From an uncultured Acidobacteriota bacterium (GTDB lineage: Bacteria > Acidobacteriota > UBA6911), in assembly GCA_963809485.1 (NCBI GenBank), contig CAWEJX010000016.1:64001-128000 (forward strand): DNA of 64,000 bases, read 5' to 3'. Of the stretch, positions 38,676-48,704 are shown in pieces; position 1 is the first letter of the stretch, and each line of letters opens with the position of its first letter. The notes beneath the pieces were generated by a model that was given only the letters and a program-made list of their open reading frames with translations, was not told the DNA's origin and did no database searches. Made by a program: the position numbers and the translations under genes.

Positions 38676-40484
38676 ATGGCAGCGGATATTCATGAAGATC
38701 AGGTTTTGGGCAAAGCCTACGATGCGCGGCTGATGCGGCGGCTTCTCGCCTATATCCGGCCCTATCGGGGATCGGCTTATCTTGCGATCCTTTGCCTGCT
38801 GGCCGGTTCGGCTTTTTCGGTCGTTCAGCCCTACCTCACAAAGGTCGCCATCGACCGGTATATTCGCGAAAACAACATGCATGGACTCAGCCAGGTGGCG
38901 GTCCTGTATGTGCTGACCCTTGTTCTGGTCTTTGGGCTGAGTTTCGGTCAGACATGGCTCATCAACCTCATGGGTCAGAAAATCATGCGCGACCTGCGCA
39001 TGGAGCTCTTCCGTCACCTGCAGGTCATGGACGTAGCCTTCTTCGACAAAAATCCCGTCGGGCGGCTGATGACGCGCGTCACTACGGATGTAGATGCCCT
39101 GAACGAGCTGTTCACATCGGGCGTCATATCCGTTTTCGAAGACCTATTCATGCTTTCCGGGATCATCATTTCTCTCTTCCTGCTCAACTACAAGCTTGCA
39201 CTCGCCATTTTCGCCATCCTTCCCTTCCTTGTCCTGGCCACGCTGATTTTCAAAATAAAGGTTCGCGACTCCTACCGGAATGTCCGGACGGCTATTGCGC
39301 GCATCAATGCCTTTCTGCAGGAGAACATAACCGGCGCAGCGGTCGTTCAGCTTTTCGGCCGCGAGCAGAAGCAGTACCAGCGGTTCACCCTGATCAACAA
39401 GGACCACCTCGACGCCAATTTGCAGTCCATATTCTACTATGCAATTTTCTATCCTATCCTTGAGGTGATCTCCGCTTCGGCCATAGCTCTCATCGTATGG
39501 TATGGCGGCCTCCAGGTGCTCGCCGGAGCCTTAACCCTGGGGACCCTCGTGGCATTTATCCAGTATTCGGACCGGTTTTTCAGGCCGATCTCCGACATCA
39601 GCGAAAAATACACGATCCTTCAGTCCGCAATGGCCGCCTCCGAGCGCATTTTCAAGCTCCTGGACACAAAACCTGCCGTCGTTTCACCCGAAGCGCCCCG
39701 GGCTGCCGAGGTGAAAAACGGCAGCATCGAATTCCGCAACGTCCATTTCCATTACAATCCCGGAGAACCGGTGCTCCGCGACATATCCTTCAGAGTGGCC
39801 CCGGGAGAAAAGGTCGCGGTCGTCGGCGCGACAGGCGCCGGCAAATCTACGATCATTGCCCTGCTGAACCGTTTCTATGACGTTCAGCAGGGGGATATCC
39901 TGGTGGATGGCGTAAGCATCAAGGACTTTGATCTCCAGGGTTTGAGGCGATCGATCGGCATCGTGCTCCAGGACGTTTTTCTGTTCTCCGGAAGCGTGTC
40001 TGAAAACATACGGCTCGGGAACCCGGACATCGACGATGCCCGGGTTCAGCATGCTGCCGAGACGGTTCACGCGGCCGGCTTCATAAGCAGGCTCGACCGG
40101 CAGTTCGCGTCAAAGGTCGGAGAGCGGGGATCGTCCCTTTCGGTGGGACAAAAGCAGTTGCTCGCGTTTGCGCGCGCCCTGGCCTACGATCCCAGGATAC
40201 TGGTGCTGGATGAAGCGACCTCGAGCATCGACACGGAAACGGAGCTGTTGATACGGGACGCACTGGAAAAACTCCTGGCAGGCAGGACCTCGATCATCAT
40301 CGCCCACAGGCTCTCCACGGTTCAAAACGCCGACCGCATCATAGTTCTTCATCGCGGCCGTATCCGGGAAACCGGCACGCATCAGGAGCTGCTGCATCTG
40401 AGGGGAATCTACTGGAAGCTTTATCAGCTCCAGTACAAGGACCAGCCCGAATCCATCCTGCAATCCGCTCACCGCCTATCGTAA
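38676..40484 (+). CDS. ABC exporter ATP-binding/permease subunit (heterodimer partner)
   Basis: GATGAGKS, LSVGQ, LDEATS; ATG 38676. Confidence 0.93.
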   Translation: MAADIHEDQVLGKAYDARLMRRLLAYIRPYRGSAYLAILCLLAGSAFSVVQPYLTKVAIDRYIRENNMHGLSQVAVLYVLTLVLVFGLSFGQTWLINLMGQKIMRDLRMELFRHLQVMDVAFFDKNPVGRLMTRVTTDVDALNELFTSGVISVFEDLFMLSGIIISLFLLNYKLALAIFAILPFLVLATLIFKIKVRDSYRNVRTAIARINAFLQENITGAAVVQLFGREQKQYQRFTLINKDHLDANLQSIFYYAIFYPILEVISASAIALIVWYGGLQVLAGALTLGTLVAFIQYSDRFFRPISDISEKYTILQSAMAASERIFKLLDTKPAVVSPEAPRAAEVKNGSIEFRNVHFHYNPGEPVLRDISFRVAPGEKVAVVGATGAGKSTIIALLNRFYDVQQGDILVDGVSIKDFDLQGLRRSIGIVLQDVFLFSGSVSENIRLGNPDIDDARVQHAAETVHAAGFISRLDRQFASKVGERGSSLSVGQKQLLAFARALAYDPRILVLDEATSSIDTETELLIRDALEKLLAGRTSIIIAHRLSTVQNADRIIVLHRGRIRETGTHQELLHLRGIYWKLYQLQYKDQPESILQSAHRLS

Positions 40485-40686
40485 ATGTAACGTGCCTGTT
40501 TGGATGGTCCAGGAATCAGGTGGGGCCTACCCAGGCTGAAAAAACGCCGACGTACGCTGATTATTTTATGCTTTGAAGCTCAGGTCAAAAAACCGCCCAA
40601 GCTCTTCCGACGGAAAGGCAATGGAAGATAAAACAGGAACCGAATGGCTGAATAGCGGCTATTTGTTTCTTTCTCCGCAATCATCC

Positions 40687-40719
40687 AATTCGTAATTCGT
40701 CATTCTTAATTCGTAATTC
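40687..40719. repeat. (AATTCGT)n heptamer tract
   Basis: AATTCGT AATTCGT CATTCTT AATTCGT AATTC; same unit at 6220-6234. Confidence 0.7.
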
Positions 40720-42159
40720 CTACCTAGCTCCTTTCCCGAACAATACCACCGGGAAAGTGCGCAGCAGTATTTTGAAGTCCAGCATCAAGGACCAGTTGTC
40801 GATGTAGTGGAGATCGAGTTTCATCCACTCGTGGAAATCGATTTCGTTGCGGCCGGAAACCTGCCACAGGCAGGTGATCCCGGGCCGAACGGAGAGCCGC
40901 CGGCGCTGCCACCGTGTGTACTCCCGAACTTCCTCCGGAAGCGGCGCCCGGGGGCCGACGAGGCTCATATCTCCCTTGAGCACATTCCAGAACTGCGGCC
41001 ACTCGTCGATGGAACTCTTCCTCAGGAAGCGCCCCAGCGGAGTGACGCGAGGGTCATTGCGCATCTTAAAGACCGGGCCATCCATTTCGTTGAGATGCTT
41101 GATTTCCCAAAGCACGTCCTCCGCGCCATCGCGCATGCTCCGGATCTTGTACAGGACGAATTTGCGCCCATACAATCCGCACCGGACCTGGCGGTATATG
41201 GCAGGACCCCTCGATGTGACTTTCACCAGCAGGCAGATCAGGAAAATGAACGGAATCAGCACAATCAGCAGCGTTGCGGAGATGATTACGTCCATCACGC
41301 GCTTGATCCATAGCGAAGGAGCATGTTCGGGCGCAGAGCCGAAGGTGATCAGCGGAATATTCTCGAGGAACTCCATGGAAAGGCTGGTAACTTTTGCCGG
41401 GAAGAAATCCGCTGCCAGGCGCGCGCGGATTCCCTGCTCTTTGCACACTTCGAGAATTCCGTTCAGTCGATCCAGGTTCAGCCGGTCCCCGATGAATATG
41501 ACCTCGTCGACGATATTGTTTTCTATGATCTGCGGCAGATCCTGTTCGCCTCCGAGAATATCCCCCTCCGGCTTGACAGTGCCGGCGCTGCACACATCAA
41601 CATATCCCAGGATCTTGAAGCCCCAATCGGAATACCGCGAAATGAGATCGCCCATTTCCCGGGCTTTCGCACCCGTCCCCAGGATGACGATATTTCGAAA
41701 ATGCCTCGACGGGAAGAAAAGCCCTTTTCTCTTCGCATGCAGAAAAACAAGAAAACGGGCCAGAACGAGGAGCGCCGCCTGGTAAAAGACAAAAAGACCT
41801 ATCAGCGGGCGGCTGAGGTTCAATTTCAAGGCGAAGGAGAGGAAGCCGAGGAAAAGCCACAGGATCAGCGAACTTTCAAGGGCGATGCGCACCTTCTCCC
41901 AGCCGGAACGCCTTATCGAAATCCGGTAGAGCCCCAGCGAATAAGCGGCGGCCGACCAGCAGCCGGCCGCCAATATCACAATCCACAGATACCCGGCCGC
42001 CGGGAGCAGTTCGGGATTCAGCAAACGGTCCAGATCCTGGGGAAGAGCCCTGGACAGATGGAGCCGGCTGAAATAAGCCAGGGGAAATGCCGCGCATGTC
42101 AGCAGCAAATCGGCGAAAAACTGAATCCTGTTATAAAATTTTGCGCGCTCTCGGAACAT
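40720..42159 (-). CDS. Undecaprenyl-phosphate sugar phosphotransferase (WcaJ/EpsA type)
   Basis: KRVMD, DPRVT..GRFLRKSSIDEWPQ, GDMSLVGPR, PGITCLWQVSGR. Confidence 0.92.
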   Translation of the reverse strand: MFRERAKFYNRIQFFADLLLTCAAFPLAYFSRLHLSRALPQDLDRLLNPELLPAAGYLWIVILAAGCWSAAAYSLGLYRISIRRSGWEKVRIALESSLILWLFLGFLSFALKLNLSRPLIGLFVFYQAALLVLARFLVFLHAKRKGLFFPSRHFRNIVILGTGAKAREMGDLISRYSDWGFKILGYVDVCSAGTVKPEGDILGGEQDLPQIIENNIVDEVIFIGDRLNLDRLNGILEVCKEQGIRARLAADFFPAKVTSLSMEFLENIPLITFGSAPEHAPSLWIKRVMDVIISATLLIVLIPFIFLICLLVKVTSRGPAIYRQVRCGLYGRKFVLYKIRSMRDGAEDVLWEIKHLNEMDGPVFKMRNDPRVTPLGRFLRKSSIDEWPQFWNVLKGDMSLVGPRAPLPEEVREYTRWQRRRLSVRPGITCLWQVSGRNEIDFHEWMKLDLHYIDNWSLMLDFKILLRTFPVVLFGKGAR

Positions 42160-42252
42160 ACTTTAATTCTTTCAGGACCGATGATTATAGCATAGCCAGG
42201 CTGATGCGGCCTCCATCGGCGCAAAGCATCGAATGCCGGCCAAAGCGCCTGT

Positions 42253-42653
42253 GTCAGCTGCTTCCGGCAAAGCCGGAGGCTTGAAAGATTTGAACCCCTC
42301 AAAGCGGTTGGAGGAACTACGACGGTCTTGAACGCTGACTTACGCGGGCAAAAGCCGATGAGGCGCTTCCGATCCCCGCAGGGGCCAGCGCTCCGCGCTG
42401 GACAGTTTTCTGCGGCGGCACTGTGGCAAGCGCCGTGCGGCAAGGGGATGAAGGGTATGAGAAACCGGGCGTTTGCCACAATGCCGCCGCAGAAAACTTC
42501 ATCGGAAGCGCCTCATCGGCTTTTGCTCGCCGACCCACGCCGAACAAATCCGCGTTTGTCAGCGCTTTTGTCAGCGTTTCTCAGCGTTTCAAAATACCGA
42601 ACCGTCAAACTCTTTGTGTCGCCCGGCAGAGCCGGGATTTACCAATGTAATTA
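42253..42653 (-). mobile_element. Family A element, copy A5 (complete with nested palindrome)
   Basis: Near-identical to A1 plus the distal end hairpin. Confidence 0.8.
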
Positions 42654-42681
42654 TCTCCCGCTTCAACCGATTGCCTTCGGT

Positions 42682-42785
42682 ATCGGCGTTCGTCGGCGTT
42701 TTTCAGCGCCTGTCAGCGTCAAAGGATCCTGGAGCTGCCAGACTCTGCCGGTCCCCGGCGAAGCTGAGGGATTACCGATGGATTT
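42682..42785 (-). mobile_element. Degenerate family A distal end in tandem with A5
   Basis: TCGGCGT repeats, GGAGCTGCCAGACTCT, CCCCGGCGAAGCTGAGG, TTACCGATG. Confidence 0.5.
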
Positions 42786-43488
42786 ATCTGAAATGCAGGA
42801 CCGGATCCTTGATTTCCAGGATTCCCTTGATGTGGAAAGCTTCTCCCTTTTTCTTCCCGATGAGAGTTCCATAAAACGAATGGATGGTTTCCACGTGAGC
42901 CAGAAAGTCGGGCTGGCTCAGGGTTGTGGACGGCTCGCGGCTTGAAGGATCGAACAGCTGGGAACGATGCGCAGCGATGGCGGCAGTGCGCTGCTCGATG
43001 TGATCCGAAACATCGACAATAAAGCTGGGGATCGTGTGAGGGGGGACCTTGAAGTACAGGATGGCCCTGGGCCGATGGCGCTCCTGTCCCGTTTTGATCT
43101 TCGCCAGCCCGGAATGATGGACGGCCTCCGCAACCAGCCTGCTCGTGTGGGCATGATCCGGATGCCTGTCATCCCAATAATGCGTCAACACCAGGTGAGG
43201 CCGGTATTTTCTCAACAGCCGGATAACCTTAAGCCTTGCCTGGGGTGTCACGGAGACCTCGCCATCGGATAATCCGAGGTTTTCCCGCACTTTCACCCTG
43301 AGTATTTCCGCGGCCTTGGCCGCCTCCTGCCTGCGCAGCGCAGCCGTCCCCCGAGTGCCCAGTTCTCCGCGTGTCATGTCTACAATGCCGGTCGAGTAGC
43401 CGAGGGCGGCCATTTTGGCCATGGTTCCGCCGGCAAAAAGCTCCACATCGTCAGGGTGCGCTCCAAAAGCCAATACATCCAGTTGCAT
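42784..43488 (-). CDS. bshB1: Bacillithiol biosynthesis deacetylase BshB1
   Basis: AHPDDVE, GELGTRG, RHPDH, HRSQ. Confidence 0.9.
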   Translation of the reverse strand: MQLDVLAFGAHPDDVELFAGGTMAKMAALGYSTGIVDMTRGELGTRGTAALRRQEAAKAAEILRVKVRENLGLSDGEVSVTPQARLKVIRLLRKYRPHLVLTHYWDDRHPDHAHTSRLVAEAVHHSGLAKIKTGQERHRPRAILYFKVPPHTIPSFIVDVSDHIEQRTAAIAAHRSQLFDPSSREPSTTLSQPDFLAHVETIHSFYGTLIGKKKGEAFHIKGILEIKDPVLHFR

Positions 43489-43491
43489 ATG

Positions 43492-44925
43492 TCAGTCCAT
43501 GGGAATGAGCTGATGCTCAAATTTCAAAATATCCAGTTTGTCATAAAAAAGCTGAAGCACCGGCATGGAATATCGCAGGAGAAATTGAATGCCCGCCAGC
43601 CCCTGTTCCTGAGTGCACCCGTCAGGTGCAAGAAAGTTGCGGGCTTTTCGTGTCTGGCGGACTGCCGCCTGCTGTTTTATTTCGCCGGCAGATTCATAGC
43701 GTTTCCCCAGCTTCTCGATCTGATAAACGATTTTTTTTCTGCAGGAATCTCTTGTCTTTGTAATTTTATCCCCGTCAGAGATCGGCAGTCCGGACAGTCT
43801 CCGGTCGGCTTCCACTGCAAGGTCTCGCAGCCTTTCATGCGCCGAATGGAGCGTTGAATGCCTGGCTTTTTCCATGAGGCCCGATTCGCCCGAGAAAAGC
43901 TCCTCGATCCCGATGCGGTACCTGTCAAGCGTCCTCCGGCTCCTCGAATCCATGACCGTGACGCCCGGATAGGGCCATGCCGCCGGACGGGAGACGCCCA
44001 TTTCATCAAACACCGGAAGTGCCCTGAGAAAGTCGCGGAAATCGAGAGGCCCCACCACCGAAGCGAATGCTGGAAAAATACAGCCCTGCAGCACAATTTC
44101 GGGGCAGACGGTCTCAGGAGGCGGTTCCGGATAGCCTGCCTGATTCAGGCGTGCATTCTGCTCCTCGAGCAGAATGCCTATTCGCTCCGCCCGAACGCCA
44201 GAAACTGTCTGCGTTTCCTCTATCAGCGGCTTGCATTCCGGAGACTGCGGGTTCACAACGATCATTCCCCAATCTTCCATGAGCGCCGAAAATAGATGCG
44301 CCGTCGCAGCTCGCAGATTCGAGCAATTACAGGCGGCCCGGAGCATTTCCATAATCCCGGCGTCATACATTCCCTGCCCGATTTCCTCAATTTTGGCGAG
44401 CAGGTCCAAGATCTGCCCGGACGGCGATGCGGGATCTGATGGGGCCATCTCTTCAGGTTGAAGCCGGAGCGTGCAAGGCTCTCCTTGATAATCCAGAAGA
44501 CTCAGAGCCCATCGAGAGGGATCGCCTGCAGGCGCAGAGCTGATCCAGCACACGGGCACGGCGGCAATTCCATTCATCCCCAGTTCCCGGCATACCTTGA
44601 CTGCAACCAGGCACTTCAAAATTTGAACGGCGGGTCCCCCGAACAGGCTTTCGCGGATTGTTGCAATGACCGCGACAGCGCCTTGCCGGCGGAGTCTGTC
44701 GAGGCTCTCCAGCGTGCGCCCGGAATCCGGTGCCGATCGATTATCGGAGAACTGGGACAGGGATTGGGTTCGAAATCCTTGATTTTGGGTGTCCGCCGGC
44801 CGCCTCCTGAGCACCGACAGGTCCTGCGTAGCCGGGGGCAGGAATCGTTCAGGAAGCGACCCTGAGGCATAATCGGACCAGATTCTGGGGATTCCCGGCA
44901 GTTTATCGTACCTCAAAGTATCCAT
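43492..44925 (-). CDS. Divergent BshC-like protein
   Basis: LFGGP, VPVCW and C-terminal layout resemble BshC; next to bshB1; conserved motifs altered. Confidence 0.7.
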   Translation of the reverse strand: MDTLRYDKLPGIPRIWSDYASGSLPERFLPPATQDLSVLRRRPADTQNQGFRTQSLSQFSDNRSAPDSGRTLESLDRLRRQGAVAVIATIRESLFGGPAVQILKCLVAVKVCRELGMNGIAAVPVCWISSAPAGDPSRWALSLLDYQGEPCTLRLQPEEMAPSDPASPSGQILDLLAKIEEIGQGMYDAGIMEMLRAACNCSNLRAATAHLFSALMEDWGMIVVNPQSPECKPLIEETQTVSGVRAERIGILLEEQNARLNQAGYPEPPPETVCPEIVLQGCIFPAFASVVGPLDFRDFLRALPVFDEMGVSRPAAWPYPGVTVMDSRSRRTLDRYRIGIEELFSGESGLMEKARHSTLHSAHERLRDLAVEADRRLSGLPISDGDKITKTRDSCRKKIVYQIEKLGKRYESAGEIKQQAAVRQTRKARNFLAPDGCTQEQGLAGIQFLLRYSMPVLQLFYDKLDILKFEHQLIPMD

Positions 44926-44929
44926 TCGG

Positions 44930-45436
44930 TTATTTCTTTTTAAGGCTTCCCGGTCCGGACTTCCGGGCTACCGGTTGCCTGTATAGGGGCTCAGTCACGC
45001 GCAAAAGCCGCAGATCGTCCCCGGCATCCTCAATCTCAATTTCAGTGGCCTGATCGAGAGGGGTACTCAGTTTTTCACTCCACTCTATGACTGTTATCCC
45101 ATCCTTGCCCAGAAAATCATCAAGACCGATCGAGTACAGGTCCCTTTGTCCTTCGAGCCTGTAAAGGTCGACGTGATAAATAGGGCAAATGCCATGGTAA
45201 ATATTCACCAGCGTGAATGAAGGGCTGTTGACCAGACTCGAGTCGTCGATCCCCAATCCCTGGGCAATCCCGCAGGTCAATGTTGTCTTGCCGGCACCCA
45301 GAGATCCCCTCAGCAAAATCACGCCGGGAATCTGAATGGATCGCGCAATCATTGCGCCGAATCTCTTCGTCTCTTCGGGAGACCTGCTTCTAAAAAATGA
45401 AGTTTTCGGATTCTGCCCGGTTTTGCGCGCTTTCAT
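44930..45436 (-). CDS. tsaE: t6A biosynthesis ATPase TsaE
   Basis: GSLGAGKTT, SPSFTL, HVDLYRL, IEW. Confidence 0.95.
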   Translation of the reverse strand: MKARKTGQNPKTSFFRSRSPEETKRFGAMIARSIQIPGVILLRGSLGAGKTTLTCGIAQGLGIDDSSLVNSPSFTLVNIYHGICPIYHVDLYRLEGQRDLYSIGLDDFLGKDGITVIEWSEKLSTPLDQATEIEIEDAGDDLRLLRVTEPLYRQPVARKSGPGSLKKK

Positions 45437-47025
45437 GAATTCGTTAAGCTTTTAAACGCCGTTGGAAGATATTTGAGAATATCGGTCGCGATCAAAGACT
45501 CCATGCCTTCTTCCTTTGCAGCCAGATCTCCAGCCAAGCCGTGCAAATAAACGGCTGCAGAAAGATAATCGCACAGATTCGGCGGATTCTCGCTGTTCCT
45601 CTGACGGTTCCAGTATCCGACAAATCTGCCCACCATGCCCGCCAGGATATCTCCCGTTCCGCCCGTCGCCATTCCGGGATTGCCAGTGCAGTTGATGTAA
45701 AGATCACCGTTCGGCGCGGCGATGACGGTTTGAAATCCCTTCAGGATGACAAAGCAGCGGTGTCTGGCCGCGCAATCGCGCGCCGTTTCCAGGCGGTTCC
45801 GCTGAACCTCCGGTATCCGCTTGCCCAGCAGACGCGCCATTTCACCTGGATGAGGCGTAATAATCACAGGCTGGTCTTCCTCATTGCGGAGGGGTTCTGC
45901 CGGCGGCACGAAGGCGTTGATGCCGTCGGCATCCAAAACAAGCGGAACTCGAGAGTTTCGGACAAGCTCCCAAACCAGCTTTCTGGTCGATGGTTGCGTC
46001 GTGATTCCCGGGCCAAGGACCAGGACATCCGCCTTGCCTAGGTGTTCGAGCACCTTTCCGGCTCCTGATCGGTCGGAAGTCTCTTCTTCGGTTTCGGGCA
46101 GAAATTCGGTCATCAGCTCCGGATATTTGCCGGCGACATCCCTCCGAACGCTCTTGGGCAGCCAGAGCGTGACCAACCCTGCGCCTGAACGGAGAGCGGC
46201 CAGGCCCGTCATCAGGGCGGCACCGCTTTTCCCTCTGGATCCGGCGACGACATACACATGGCCGAAGGTGCCTTTATGGCTGTCCCGCGCTCTCAGGGGC
46301 AATACCTTTTGAATCTGGTTCAGGTCGATCAGGTTCAGCCGGTATTCCGTATTATTATAAAGTGCAGGCGGCGAACCGATCGGTACTAGCACAACCTTTC
46401 CCGAATAGTCGGAAGCAGGCGGGACTACATGGGCGAGCTTCAAAGCGGAAAAAGTCACCGTGAGGTGGGATTTGACGGCCGGGCCTGGAATTGCGGGTGA
46501 ATCCGCAAAAAGGCCTGAAGGTATATCGACGGAAGCCACAAATGCCCGCTGAGCAGTACGGTTGACCCAATCGACGATGGGGCGGAAATCGGGCCCAATC
46601 GGTTTTGACAGTCCTGTTCCGAAAAGAGCGTCGACGATGATATCAGGGGGCGGCTGTTTTTTCAGGTATGGCTTGGCATCGGCCGGAGTGGGCAAAATTT
46701 GCATTTGAAGCCCCATGGCACGCACAATTTCCCAATTGCTCAGGGCATCCCCCTTGAGAGTTCCGGGGTCGGCGAACAGAATGACCGATGGGTTAGCGCC
46801 GCGCAGGGAGAGATAGCGGGCTGTTACAAATCCGTCTCCTCCGTTGTTTCCCCTTCCGCAAAGTATCAGAATTTGCTTGCCTTCGAGTCCCGGACAAGCC
46901 TTTTCGAGCTCGTCTGCAACCGAGCGGCCTGCATTTTCCATTAATATGATGGATGGCACGAGATACCGCTCTGATGTCAGCCTGTCCACCTCAGCCATTT
47001 GCAGTGCCGTCAGTATCTTCATCAC
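45433..47025 (-). CDS. nnr: Bifunctional NAD(P)H-hydrate epimerase/dehydratase
   Basis: LMENAG, GNNGGDG, DALFGTG, HKGTFG, TPHPGE, GGTGD. Confidence 0.95.
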   Translation of the reverse strand: MMKILTALQMAEVDRLTSERYLVPSIILMENAGRSVADELEKACPGLEGKQILILCGRGNNGGDGFVTARYLSLRGANPSVILFADPGTLKGDALSNWEIVRAMGLQMQILPTPADAKPYLKKQPPPDIIVDALFGTGLSKPIGPDFRPIVDWVNRTAQRAFVASVDIPSGLFADSPAIPGPAVKSHLTVTFSALKLAHVVPPASDYSGKVVLVPIGSPPALYNNTEYRLNLIDLNQIQKVLPLRARDSHKGTFGHVYVVAGSRGKSGAALMTGLAALRSGAGLVTLWLPKSVRRDVAGKYPELMTEFLPETEEETSDRSGAGKVLEHLGKADVLVLGPGITTQPSTRKLVWELVRNSRVPLVLDADGINAFVPPAEPLRNEEDQPVIITPHPGEMARLLGKRIPEVQRNRLETARDCAARHRCFVILKGFQTVIAAPNGDLYINCTGNPGMATGGTGDILAGMVGRFVGYWNRQRNSENPPNLCDYLSAAVYLHGLAGDLAAKEEGMESLIATDILKYLPTAFKSLTNS

Positions 47026-47032
47026 AATCTCC

Positions 47033-47207
47033 TTAGGGATTAGGGATTAGGGATTAGGGATTAGGGATTAGGGATTAGGGATTAGGAAACCTCATGCAGT
47101 TTTTTTATTCGGCACTTTAGCCGTGTTGTGGCCATTCATTCACTGCCTGTTCCCCAATCTCAAATCCCTAATCCCTAATAACTACTCCCTAATAACTAAT
47201 AACTAAC
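47033..47207. repeat. (TTAGGGA)7 perfect tandem repeat with degenerate inverted partner
   Basis: 7 exact units 47033-47081; TCCCTAA/TAACTAA units at 47152-47207. Confidence 0.9.
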
Positions 47208-47375
47208 GCTATTTGACTCTCCTTCAGGATGATCCTACAATCATATTGAAACATCCGGAAGCCCGGGACGTCTAAATATTAGTAAACGTTGGTGGCAAGG
47301 CCAACAGGTTTCGCGCTGATTTTGGGCGAAAGGGGCTTTGCCGGAGATGACAATCGCTCCCAGGGGGAGGGTCCT

Positions 47376-48422
47376 ATGAAGCGACTGTATATGAGAGTAC
47401 TGACAGCCGGGCTGGCGATGATCCTGATATCGTCAGGGGTTTACGCCGACAGGAAGCATGGCGATGTCGAGAATATAGGCAATCGCAATGTCAGCGGGCG
47501 CATTTTCGGAATTTTGCCGAACTTTGTATCCATGGAAAAGGAGGTCGCCCTGGGTAGCCAGCTTGCATCGGAGTTTGAACAAACGGCCCGTTTGGTCGAG
47601 GATCCTGTCGTCAACGAGTTCGTAGACCGAGTTGGCCAGAACATTGTCAAACACTCCGATGCCAAACTCCCTTTCCATATAAAAGTAGTGGATACGGACG
47701 AGGTTAATGCGTTCGCCTTCCCAGGCGGCTATTTTTACGTCAACAAAGGACTCATACTGGCGGCGGAAAATGAAGCGGAACTGGCCGGGGTCATGGCACA
47801 TGAAATTTCGCACGTCATCGCGCGCCACGCAACGGAGCGCATGTCGAAGGGGCAATACCTTCAGTTGGCCTCTATTCCCGCTCTTTTCGTCGGCGGTTAC
47901 TGGGCTCAGATGGGCATCCAGCAAGCGTTGGGCCTGGGCCTTAATCTAGAGATGATGGGAATCACGCGGGAATCCGAAAGCGAAGCCGATCAACTTGGCA
48001 TTCAATACATGTGGAACTCGGGCTATGACCCGAATTCGTTCGTTTCGTTTTTTGAAAAAATGCAGCAGGACGAAAAGAGCAAGCCGGGACGGCTGGCCGG
48101 CTGGTTCCGGACCCATCCCTCCACAGACGATCGCATCGTGGCTTCATTGGACGAACAAAGATACCTGCCTGAAAAGGACAACTACATCATCAATACTTCG
48201 GAATTCGACCGCGTGAAGGCGCGCCTGCTGGCCATCGACAATGCCCAGAAATCGGAGGAAGCATCCGGCACCCAGGAACAGAAAAGACCGACTCTGAAGC
48301 GCCGGACGACCGACGACGGCGGACAGGCGCCCGAAGGCACTGATGACGACGGCCAGCCGAAGAAAACCAGGCCAACCCTGAAGCGTCCCACCGATCCCGA
48401 GCCGGAGCCGAACGATCAGTAG
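47376..48422 (+). CDS. M48 family metallopeptidase (BepA-like)
   Basis: NAFAFPGG, AHEISH (HExxH), ESEAD, THP. Confidence 0.9.
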   Translation: MKRLYMRVLTAGLAMILISSGVYADRKHGDVENIGNRNVSGRIFGILPNFVSMEKEVALGSQLASEFEQTARLVEDPVVNEFVDRVGQNIVKHSDAKLPFHIKVVDTDEVNAFAFPGGYFYVNKGLILAAENEAELAGVMAHEISHVIARHATERMSKGQYLQLASIPALFVGGYWAQMGIQQALGLGLNLEMMGITRESESEADQLGIQYMWNSGYDPNSFVSFFEKMQQDEKSKPGRLAGWFRTHPSTDDRIVASLDEQRYLPEKDNYIINTSEFDRVKARLLAIDNAQKSEEASGTQEQKRPTLKRRTTDDGGQAPEGTDDDGQPKKTRPTLKRPTDPEPEPNDQ

Positions 48423-48704
48423 AGCCGAACCGCATTTTTTGAGCCCCGGAGATTTTCCGGGGCTTCCGGCCGAATTTCCACCCCTGATTTGGGTTGATTT
48501 GAGCAGGCCTCTCCGCTATCTATTGATTGCTTTGCCGCTATCAAGCCGATGGTGTTGTCTGCGCAAGACTGTGCGCAGGCCGGAGAATTGATGGATTGCC
48601 CGAAACTGTTCACAATCGAAGCTTTTTGAAACAGTTTTCTTCCGCACATCGTATTGATAGGTGATACGCAGGTTTGGCTGTTATCAATATTAAGGAGTCT
48701 TGGT

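Noticed and set aside
47033-47087. Eukaryotic telomere contamination
   Set aside because: The unit is 7 nt, sits in continuous bacterial context and has a local inverted partner.
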